DNA from: Candidatus Woesearchaeota archaeon
GTDB lineage: Archaea; Nanobdellota; Nanobdellia; Pacearchaeales; GW2011-AR1
Length of the DNA: 27,583 bases
Assembly: GCA_964581315.1 (NCBI GenBank)
Contig: CAZONG010000001.1
Coordinates: 1-27,583, forward strand
Direction of reading: 5' to 3'
A model generated the notes under the pieces. It did no database searches and was not told the DNA's origin. It worked only from the letters and a program-made list of their open reading frames with translations. The translations under genes and the position numbers were made by a program. Shown here piece after piece: positions 15,942-23,288 of the stretch. Position 1 is the first letter of the stretch. Each line of letters starts with the position of its first letter.

Positions 15942-16621
15942 TCCTCTCCGTGATAGTCCCATTCATCACAATCAATCATTCTTATATCATTAATTTTTGG
16001 GACCCAAAATGCATTTGTTTCTTTATAATCAATCTTTGAAAACCCTTTTAATTCCGCCTCGAACTTAGCTTTGTCATATCCTTCAAGCGCTTTTTGATAT
16101 GCTTTTTGAGTTTCAACACAAGAATATTCCAACTCTTCTTTTAAATTTGAATACCCTTTATCTGAAGATGCTTCACAAATATCTTCTGAAAGTTTTCTCA
16201 ATTCATTTAAAGGCAGCATTCCTAGGTGCTCCATAACAAAACCAGAGTAAAATTTTTTATTATTTAAATCAAATATCTTGTATAATCCTTCTGGTTTTGC
16301 AACTTTTACTTCAAGGTCATATGCTTTTTTTTGCATAACTTCTCCCCTTTCAACCTTGTGCCAATTTTGAGGAATTTTTGGAAATTTACTCACTAAATCT
16401 TTTCCTTTTCCAGCAAGAGAAAAAACTACTGAATGGACTCCTACCCTTCCACTAATTAAATCATCTCTTGAAAAAGCATATTTATGAGGGTAATTTCCAT
16501 GGTTATCTCCTTCGGAACCGATTGAATATGCTTCCTCTTTAGATAATGTTTCTCCCGCTAATAGTTTGTTATAAATATCCCTTTTCTTTCCTTCTCTTGG
16601 TAAAAAATCTTCTAAGCACAT
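15938..16621 (-). CDS. Protein-kinase-like fold protein (RIO/Bud32/Kdo-kinase-like, minimal C-lobe)
   Basis: Gly-rich SGRVGVHSVVF, LVSK, hinge GFVMEHL, catalytic loop DYKETN (DxKxxN), and IRMID (DFG equivalent) in the correct order. Confidence 0.6.
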   Translation of the reverse strand: MCLEDFLPREGKKRDIYNKLLAGETLSKEEAYSIGSEGDNHGNYPHKYAFSRDDLISGRVGVHSVVFSLAGKGKDLVSKFPKIPQNWHKVERGEVMQKKAYDLEVKVAKPEGLYKIFDLNNKKFYSGFVMEHLGMLPLNELRKLSEDICEASSDKGYSNLKEELEYSCVETQKAYQKALEGYDKAKFEAELKGFSKIDYKETNAFWVPKINDIRMIDCDEWDYHGED

Positions 16622-16740
16622 ATTCTTCTTATTTAATTTTACTTTATAAATATTTCTATTTTGTTGTTACTAGTTAGTGAACATTTATCTATATCCAAAA
16701 AAGTGATTAATAATTTAAACCCCTCTTTTCTTAATTTTTT

Positions 16741-18618
16741 ATGGTAGAGATTCCGGAATACAAGAGAGATGGTTCAAGAGATTATTTGTTTGTTTTAAGA
16801 GCATTAAATCAAATTCCTTTTCCCGTTGGAAAAAAGTTACTTGTTGACTTTTTATATGGAGATGAAAGTAATCCGTCAGTTGAAAAAAATAAGTTGTACG
16901 AATTGGAAACTTTTGGTCTTATGTCTTTTATTTCAAAAGAAGAGATTTTAGAAGTAATTGAAAACCTAATTATTAACAATTTAATTGAAGTTTCTAGTTC
17001 AGTCTTTAATAAATTTGTTAAAGTTTTGTCAATTGGAAGAAATGGTCAAGCTGAACTTATTCACCCTAAACTTTATTCAAAAAAGGTTTCTGAAAATCTT
17101 GATGAAATTGAAACTAAAATAAGTGAAAGAGAAATGGAGCACTTCAAGGAACTTGAAGAATTTTTAACTGGATTTAATTTGGAACAAAAAAAGGCAATTG
17201 TAAGCCCAAAGGAAAAAATTCTTTGTGTTGCAGGAGCTGGCTCTGGGAAAACTTCTGTTTTAACTAAAAGGATAGAATTTTTAAATAAAATGAAAAAAAT
17301 TAAAGGGGACAGAATTCTTGCTATAACTTTTACTCGTAAAGCAAAAGAAGAAATGGAAAAAAGATTGAATGAACTTGGAGTTCAAGCAGTTGTTGAAACG
17401 TTTAATTCATTTTCAGAAAAAATTTTATTAAAATATGGGGGGAAAATTTATGGAAGAAAAGTTAGGGTTGCAAGTTTTCAGGATAAAATGTTTGCAGTTT
17501 TAAGAGCGCTTGACAACTTAAACCTTGACATTGAAAGTGCAGTTCAAAAGTATTTCTCGTCGATTAAAAATAAAAATAAATCAATTTACCAACTACAAAA
17601 TATGTTTATCTCTGACTGTTTTCAAGTTTTTGAATATTTTAAGTCAACACACTTAAGTTTTGAAAATTTTGAAAAGAAATACAACGATGAAACCTTGAAA
17701 AATTCTAAAATGATTTTTGAAATTGTAAAATATTTGGATAAATATATGGCAAGTAATGGATTCAGAACCTATGGAGACCAAGTTAGAGACGCAATTAGTT
17801 TTTTTAAAATTTACAAAAAATTTATTCCAATTTTTGAACACGTTTTAGTTGATGAATTTCAGGATGTAAACTTTGAGCAAATTGAACTTTTGGAAATTCT
17901 TAATCCAAAAAACCTTTTTTGTGTTGGAGACCCCAGGCAATCAATTTTTGGTTGGAGGGGTTCAGAGGTTAAACATATTTTAAAATTTAAAGAAAGATAT
18001 CCCGATTCAGAAATAATTAATCTAAGCAAAAATTACCGAAGTAACAACCACATTGTAAAAGTAATGAATAAGGTCATTAAAAAAATGGGGGTTTCTCCAT
18101 TGGAATCTACTTTTGAAAATAAAAAAAGTTTGAAAATTTTAAAGTTTGATGATGAAAAAGCAGAGTTTAATTTTGTTAAAGCAAAAGTTTTGTCAAGTGA
18201 AATTCCAAAAGAAGAAATTTTTGTTTTGTCTAGAACTAACAGGCAAATTGAAGAACTTTCAAAAATTTTTAAGGAAGCAGGGATACCCCATGCTTTAAGG
18301 GAAGAAGGAATAAAAGAATTTAATACAAAAAAAGGGGAAGTTACACTTGCAACGGTCCATTCGATAAAAGGCTTGGAAGCCGAAACCGTTTTTGTTGTTG
18401 GTTGTACTCCCGCCAACTTCCCTTGTAAAACAAGTGACCACCCAGTAATCGAAAGCATAAACATGTATAACTACGACAAGGAAGAAGAGGAACTTCGACT
18501 TTTTTACGTCGTGATAAGTCGAGCAAAAAACAATTTATATTTAACTTATTCAGGAAAAAACCACACTTATTTTTTGAATAAAGAAGTTAAAGAAGACTTT
18601 GTTGAAGAAGAGTTTTAA
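16741..18618 (+). CDS. SF1 UvrD/Rep-type helicase with an N-terminal RQC-like winged helix
   Basis: AGAGSGKT, LVDEFQD, VGDPRQSIFGWRG, KNYRSN, TVHSIKGLE, EELRLFYVVISRAK; N-terminal GKKLLVDFLYG...FGLM resembles the RecQ RQC domain. Confidence 0.9.
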   Translation: MVEIPEYKRDGSRDYLFVLRALNQIPFPVGKKLLVDFLYGDESNPSVEKNKLYELETFGLMSFISKEEILEVIENLIINNLIEVSSSVFNKFVKVLSIGRNGQAELIHPKLYSKKVSENLDEIETKISEREMEHFKELEEFLTGFNLEQKKAIVSPKEKILCVAGAGSGKTSVLTKRIEFLNKMKKIKGDRILAITFTRKAKEEMEKRLNELGVQAVVETFNSFSEKILLKYGGKIYGRKVRVASFQDKMFAVLRALDNLNLDIESAVQKYFSSIKNKNKSIYQLQNMFISDCFQVFEYFKSTHLSFENFEKKYNDETLKNSKMIFEIVKYLDKYMASNGFRTYGDQVRDAISFFKIYKKFIPIFEHVLVDEFQDVNFEQIELLEILNPKNLFCVGDPRQSIFGWRGSEVKHILKFKERYPDSEIINLSKNYRSNNHIVKVMNKVIKKMGVSPLESTFENKKSLKILKFDDEKAEFNFVKAKVLSSEIPKEEIFVLSRTNRQIEELSKIFKEAGIPHALREEGIKEFNTKKGEVTLATVHSIKGLEAETVFVVGCTPANFPCKTSDHPVIESINMYNYDKEEEELRLFYVVISRAKNNLYLTYSGKNHTYFLNKEVKEDFVEEEF

Positions 18619-19763
18619 TTTTCAAAAACTCCTTGTAAAACATTTCCTTGCATTTCTTTTCGGTAGCAATTTTCACAAATTTCCGCGTTTGTTTTTTTAC
18701 TAACTTTAAACGTAAAAGGGTCTTTCATTTCTTCACACCTTTCGCATCTTTTTGAGCAATTGTTACAATAGTTTCTTCCTGTAACGGGGTCTTTTCTTGT
18801 ATGTTTTTCACAAATTAATCTTGAACACCTGAAACACCTTACTGAGCAAGTTCTACAAATTTTTTTTGAACAAATTTCACAAGTATTTTTTAAACATTTT
18901 TTACAAAATTTTTTCCCGCATGATTCACAATTCGTTGAGCAGTTTTTACAAGTTGCGTGCCCGCCTGAACAAATAAAGATTTCTTTAACTTTATTTGCAC
19001 AACTTTCACAAGTTACTCCAGAAACTTCTTTTGCTAAAGGATCAAACTCAACCATGAATGACTTTTTTAGGGGTTCAGCTTTGACGTCTATTGTAAAAAC
19101 ATAAATTGGGTAATAAATTATCGTTGTTTTTTCTAATTTATTTTCGACATTCAAAAAATGTTTTTGGTTTTCAAGTTGAATCTCCCTAACTTTGTCTTCT
19201 TCTAAAGCTAAGAAGTTTGACTTTTCTTTAAGAGAATTAATTAATTTTTTTTGTTCTGAAATTTTTTCTACTTCTCCTTTTCTTGCAAATTCCATTAACT
19301 TTTCAGTTATTTCTTCAAGTTCTTTTTGGAATTGTTTTGTTTCTGACTCAAACTTTTGTTCGATATGTTCCTTTTCTTTTTCAAACCTTGCCCCTAAACT
19401 TCTTGAAATTTTGTTTGTTTTTTCTTGAATTCTTTTTTTAACTTCTTCTTTTGCGATAAAATATGAGTTTTTGAAATTTGGAACTTTACTTTTATCAAAA
19501 TCTCCTTCAAGAATCAAGTATTCAGACAAATCTCCTTCTATTGGCTTTGAATTAAAGACATAAATTTCATTTGAAATACTTTCTTTTTTATCTAAGTACT
19601 CAAAAACCGTGTTAAATGTGAATTTGTAAAAGAAACCGGGTTTTTCTCTTGAAGTTATCTTTTTAATTTCAGAATTTGGAAAAAAAATTCTTTTTTTTAT
19701 TTCTTCAGTCGGATTAATATTGAAGTCTATTTTCAGGTAGCTTGTTGACTCTTCTTTTTCCAT
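18615..19763 (-). CDS. Coiled-coil protein with a C-terminal multi-zinc-finger region
   Basis: Ten CxxC, one CxxH and one CxxxH in the last ~120 aa. Start placed at ATG 19763, after TTTATATAAA, rather than TTG 19823. Confidence 0.8.
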   Translation of the reverse strand: MEKEESTSYLKIDFNINPTEEIKKRIFFPNSEIKKITSREKPGFFYKFTFNTVFEYLDKKESISNEIYVFNSKPIEGDLSEYLILEGDFDKSKVPNFKNSYFIAKEEVKKRIQEKTNKISRSLGARFEKEKEHIEQKFESETKQFQKELEEITEKLMEFARKGEVEKISEQKKLINSLKEKSNFLALEEDKVREIQLENQKHFLNVENKLEKTTIIYYPIYVFTIDVKAEPLKKSFMVEFDPLAKEVSGVTCESCANKVKEIFICSGGHATCKNCSTNCESCGKKFCKKCLKNTCEICSKKICRTCSVRCFRCSRLICEKHTRKDPVTGRNYCNNCSKRCERCEEMKDPFTFKVSKKTNAEICENCYRKEMQGNVLQGVFEN

Positions 19764-19857
19764 ACTTTTCCAAGGGTTAAAATCTTTATATAAATTGTTA
19801 GGTTTAGCTTTTACCTTTTTCAAGAGGTTTTATATAATTAATTTTGCTTATTGTGTT

Positions 19858-20775
19858 ATGTCATGGAAAGGTTTTTTAGGGGGAATTTTAGCAGTTTTGT
19901 TAATTGGGCTCTTTTTCATTTATTGGTTTTTGCCATTTGACCAAGTTCAGTTTGGAGTAAATAAAAATCCTGAGTTTAGTGTTGGAAATATCTCAAGCAA
20001 TATGCAATTTTATCCAAATATGAGGTTTCCCAGCACCCGAATTTCATATTTAATTGAAGACAGTTGTAACTTGCAGAAAAAAAGTGAAATGATTGACGCA
20101 TTTAATTACCTTCAAAACAGGACTGTTTTAGAGTTTTACCCTGTTACAAATAACGAAGAAATTACTGTAAGTTGCCAAGAGGAATCAAAAACAACAGACA
20201 ATGGAATGTTTATTGCAGGAGAAGGTGGGCCTGTTAAAATTATCTCTAGTGAAAACTTTGACGTGATTTTTAGCGGGAAAATTCTTCTTTTAAGGGAATC
20301 AAATTGTGAAAGGCCCAACGTTGAAATTCACGAACTCCTTCACGTTCTTGGGTTTGTGCACTCAACAAATGTAAACAACATAATGTATCCAGTTAGTAAA
20401 TGCTCTCAAACCTTGGGAGAAGAAATTCCAACAAAAATAGACCAACTTTACAGTTATCCTGAGCTTACGGACTTAAAACTTGAAAATGTTTCTGCATCAA
20501 TTTCAGGGAGATACTTAGACCTTAATCTTTCAGTTCAAAATATTGGTCTTAAAGACTCTCCCAATGAAACTTTAAAGGTTTATGGAGACAATGAACTTTT
20601 GAAAGAAATGAATTTAAAGGAAATAAAAATTGGTTATGGATTAACAGTCTCTTTAACAAACATTTGGGTTACAAAAAGAACAACAAACGAAATAAAAATT
20701 GTTATAGAAGGTCCTAATGATGAGCTATCTCTACAGAATAATCAAGTTATTCTTACAACTTTGACAGGGAATTAA
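19858..20775 (+). CDS. Membrane-anchored matrixin/metzincin metalloprotease with a C-terminal CARDB-like domain
   Basis: HELLHVLGFVH zinc motif, Met-turn NIMYP, and DLKLENVS...LSVQNIGLKDS Ig-like domain; start moved to ATG 19858. Confidence 0.9.
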   Translation: MSWKGFLGGILAVLLIGLFFIYWFLPFDQVQFGVNKNPEFSVGNISSNMQFYPNMRFPSTRISYLIEDSCNLQKKSEMIDAFNYLQNRTVLEFYPVTNNEEITVSCQEESKTTDNGMFIAGEGGPVKIISSENFDVIFSGKILLLRESNCERPNVEIHELLHVLGFVHSTNVNNIMYPVSKCSQTLGEEIPTKIDQLYSYPELTDLKLENVSASISGRYLDLNLSVQNIGLKDSPNETLKVYGDNELLKEMNLKEIKIGYGLTVSLTNIWVTKRTTNEIKIVIEGPNDELSLQNNQVILTTLTGN

Positions 20776-20837
20776 TCTAAATCTAATTCATCAATTGCAG
20801 AGTCAAGGTCGTCGCCAAATGATTCGTTGTCACCCAT
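20772..20837 (-). CDS. Candidate 21-aa hyperacidic micropeptide MGDNESFGDDLDSAIDELDLD
   Basis: ATG to TAA; 9 D/E and no K/R; shares a TTAA stop overlap with the protease gene; TATA-like elements upstream. Confidence 0.5.
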   Translation of the reverse strand: MGDNESFGDDLDSAIDELDLD

Positions 20838-20850
20838 TTTTTAAGTAATT

Positions 20851-20867
20851 TGTGAGTCTTACTCACA
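20851..20867. promoter_or_regulatory. Palindrome TGTGAG-N5-CTCACA upstream of the acidic micro-ORF
   Basis: Perfect 6-bp inverted repeat; could be an operator or a 5' UTR hairpin. Confidence 0.35.
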
Positions 20868-21022
20868 TTTTATTTATACTTTTTTTAGAGCTAAATAGTA
20901 TATAAAGTCTTCTATTATTTTGAAGGCATTTTAAAATTTGTCGTCTATAAAAACATTTAAAAGGGTCTTTTTTAAAGAATTTTAAAATTTTTTGGAGTGG
21001 TTTGTCGACGGGAAGAAGGAAT

Positions 21023-21352
21023 TTATAAAAAATCAAAATAAGAAATTTTTTGAGTTACTAAAGAGTCTATTTCTGGTTGATAAGAATCAGCTTTTTTTTG
21101 GAATTCTTGTGCTTCTTTCATCAAATTTTTCATGTAGGGGGTGTCTCTAGAATTAAAATCTCTATGAAATTCATTAGCCCATTCCATATTACGCGAAACT
21201 GCTTCCAACCCATAATTTCTTTGTATTGTGGCAATTTGTTGTATTTTTTCATCTAATTTAGAATTATAATTATTCACATAAATTCCTCTGCCTACCCCTC
21301 CAAAAATAAAAATGGGCAAGAGTGTCTTTGCTAATGTTTTTCCGAATCCCAT
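21023..21352 (-). CDS. Membrane-anchored coiled-coil protein, paralogue of 12910..13386
   Basis: N-terminal anchor ending GGVGR; C-terminal EIDSLVTQKISYF. Confidence 0.75.
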   Translation of the reverse strand: MGFGKTLAKTLLPIFIFGGVGRGIYVNNYNSKLDEKIQQIATIQRNYGLEAVSRNMEWANEFHRDFNSRDTPYMKNLMKEAQEFQKKADSYQPEIDSLVTQKISYFDFL

Positions 21353-21414
21353 AATATTTATTTAAATATCGACTTTATAACTTTTTATGTACTCTGATTA
21401 GACATTTATTTAAC

Positions 21415-21452
21415 AAAAAACGAAGTGTGCTCCCGAAAGAGCACACTTTTTT
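21415..21452. terminator. Bidirectional intrinsic-terminator-like hairpin immediately 3' of tRNA-Tyr
   Basis: Perfect 10-bp stem AAGTGTGCTC (21423-21432) / GAGCACACTT (21439-21448), with T runs following on both strands. Confidence 0.7.
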
Positions 21453-21453
21453 A

Positions 21454-21622
21454 TCCACCCACCCAGAGTCGAACTGGGGATCTCCCGGGCACTGCTTGAT
21501 TTTATTCATAACGTGACCTACTGACTTTTGGGGTTTCATAGAATGTCGAATTGACTCGACTCTCCACCTTAGACATCTTTATTATCTACAGCCAGGCGCT
21601 CTAACCACTGAGCTATGGGTGG
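21454..21622 (-). tRNA. tRNA-Tyr (GTA) with a 96-nt intron at position 37/38
   Basis: 5' exon 21622-21586 (CCACCCA...CCTGG CT GTA G), 3' exon 21489-21454 (C CCGGG AGATC CCCAG TTCGACT CTGGG TGGGTGG A); C1-G72 and A73 are archaeal/eukaryotic Tyr identity elements. Confidence 0.93.
21490..21585 (-). other. tRNA-Tyr intron with a bulge-helix-bulge-type splice site
   Basis: Anticodon-loop CTGT (32-35) pairs with intron GCAG (-6..-3), flanked by 3-nt bulges AGA and TGC; the outer intron helix is weak. Confidence 0.85.
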
Positions 21623-21688
21623 TTATTAAAATTAAGGGGAAAATCTGTTTTTAAGTTTTTGGTATTGCCTTATTCAGATAATAAAATT

Positions 21689-22174
21689 TTAATCTACTTC
21701 ATTAACCCATCCTTTAAGTTCTTCCAAATTTTTATCAAAGTATTTTTCTGGAAGATTTTCTAAAAATTCTTTTGTTAGTCCTTTTATGTGTACATAACTT
21801 ACAAAGAAAAAGGAAAGTAATTGTGGTCCCGTCCCAGTCACCCTTTCATAACTTAAATGTGAAAGATAATCATTTATTCTTCCATAAAGTTCTCTTGAAT
21901 CTTTAGATGGTTTTAAATTCCAATTAGGAAGATAATGTATCGCACGAGGTTCTTTTGAAGGATTTTTATTCACTCCATAAAAAAATTCCCATAAATTTCG
22001 AATATGAGTAAAGAAAGCAACTGCAATAAAATCGGGAACTTGAATATAAGAAGAATTCGGATTTAGGTCTTTGGTAATCCTTATACATCCCCTTATCATC
22101 TTAAATTCATAATAGAAGTGACCATTTATTAAAGAAGTTTTAATCTCATCACTGGGTTCTTTTGATTTTGTCAT
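21689..22174 (-). CDS. Hypothetical protein, possibly HEPN-like
   Basis: FFTHIRNLWEFF and RINDYLSHLSYER; last gene of a three-gene unit with ATGA overlaps. The family call is weak. Confidence 0.65.
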   Translation of the reverse strand: MTKSKEPSDEIKTSLINGHFYYEFKMIRGCIRITKDLNPNSSYIQVPDFIAVAFFTHIRNLWEFFYGVNKNPSKEPRAIHYLPNWNLKPSKDSRELYGRINDYLSHLSYERVTGTGPQLLSFFFVSYVHIKGLTKEFLENLPEKYFDKNLEELKGWVNEVD

Positions 22175-22536
22175 TTTTTATTTTTATTTCCTTCATTTTT
22201 CATTGCCGAAAGAAGAAATTTAAAAAACCACCAGAGGATTGTGCCAAGAGTTACCCCTATAATAAAAGTCCAAACATAATTTATTGTGATTATTATTGGT
22301 TGTCCTTTCTTTTTTTCATTATTTAAATCGGCTTGACAATTAGATAAATTTCCTTGTGATTGATTATATAAACTCTCATAAAGGGTGGATTGATTTTGAA
22401 CTGCACTTAAAGTTTCTGGAGGAATACATGTTTGGTTTTTTTGATTTGAATTATTAATCCCTTGAAAAACATTTCCACCAATAGAAATTAAAAGTAAAAC
22501 GAGGATTCCTATAAAAACCCATCCTGGAATTTTCAT
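22171..22536 (-). CDS. 2-TM membrane protein with an N/Q-rich coiled-coil loop
   Basis: Two hydrophobic segments flank a loop with several NxS/T sequons and two Cys. Confidence 0.75.
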   Translation of the reverse strand: MKIPGWVFIGILVLLLISIGGNVFQGINNSNQKNQTCIPPETLSAVQNQSTLYESLYNQSQGNLSNCQADLNNEKKKGQPIIITINYVWTFIIGVTLGTILWWFFKFLLSAMKNEGNKNKK

Positions 22537-23081
22537 CTTTTAATTACCCCCAATATTTTTGCAAAAGTATCTGCACTACTTTTCCACCCTACAATTTTCT
22601 TGTAAATTATAAGGTCTTGTTTTGTTTGCTCACAAGGATAGTTGGGGGTATTTTGACAAAGAGAATTTATTGTTTCCTCTAAAACTTCATTTTGTATTTC
22701 AATTATTTTCTCACCGGTTAATATGCTTTGGATTTCCTGGTATGATTTTAATTGACTCTTTAGTTGAGCTTCTTTTTGAATTGCTTGATCACTATATCCT
22801 CCATTGTAAGCCCCAGAGATAGTTAAAATTGAGAAGAAGAGGAAAACAAGACAGACAACTATCCCAATAATGTAAGAGAGTTCATCCCATTCGTCATCCC
22901 ATGCAAGATATAAACAAATAAGAAATCCAATCAAAGATAAAGGAATTGCAATTAAATCAAACCAAAAAAGAAAACGATTAAATTGTATTATTGCTAATTG
23001 AATTTTTATCCAAATAATTATTAAAGAAATAACCAAAATTAATATGAATCCTGCAAGTGCTTCTTTCTCCTTGTCATTCAT
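22533..23081 (-). CDS. 3-TM membrane protein with a C-terminal helical domain
   Basis: Three N-terminal hydrophobic segments; ATGA overlap with the downstream gene. Confidence 0.75.
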   Translation of the reverse strand: MNDKEKEALAGFILILVISLIIIWIKIQLAIIQFNRFLFWFDLIAIPLSLIGFLICLYLAWDDEWDELSYIIGIVVCLVFLFFSILTISGAYNGGYSDQAIQKEAQLKSQLKSYQEIQSILTGEKIIEIQNEVLEETINSLCQNTPNYPCEQTKQDLIIYKKIVGWKSSADTFAKILGVIKR

Positions 23082-23190
23082 TCAAAATAAACTTCTTTAA
23101 TATTTATAAAATGTTCATAAAAGGGTTAATTTATGAAAACTACTTTAAAAGAAGTAAGGTTATAAATTAGAATTTTCAATGATTTTATGA

Positions 23191-23277
23191 ATGGAACCTA
23201 TTGAAAGGTTTTTTCATCACATCTTAAACATTTTTTCATTCTTGGGTAAGATAGCTAAGGTTTTTAATTTTTATTAA
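23191..23277 (+). CDS. Candidate 28-aa amphipathic peptide MEPIERFFHHILNIFSFLGKIAKVFNFY
   Basis: ATG about 30 nt after TTATAAA in an otherwise empty 200-nt gap; weak evidence. Confidence 0.3.
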   Translation: MEPIERFFHHILNIFSFLGKIAKVFNFY

Positions 23278-23288
23278 ATCTCTTTTAT

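Noticed and set aside
19764-19857. Apparent head-to-head overlap of ORFs 18615..19823 and 19795..20775
   Set aside because: It disappears when downstream ATGs (19763, 19858), each with a TATA-like box, are used.
20851-20867. Resemblance of the palindrome to a bacterial CRP box (TGTGA-N6-TCACA)
   Set aside because: The spacer is 7 nt rather than 6 and the host is archaeal; kept only as an unassigned palindrome.
21490-21585. C/D-box guide RNA within the tRNA intron, as in euryarchaeal tRNA-Trp
   Set aside because: No RUGAUGA or CUGA boxes are present.
23133-23165. 10-codon ORF MKTTLKEVRL
   Set aside because: Too short, overlaps a likely promoter region and has no supporting signal.
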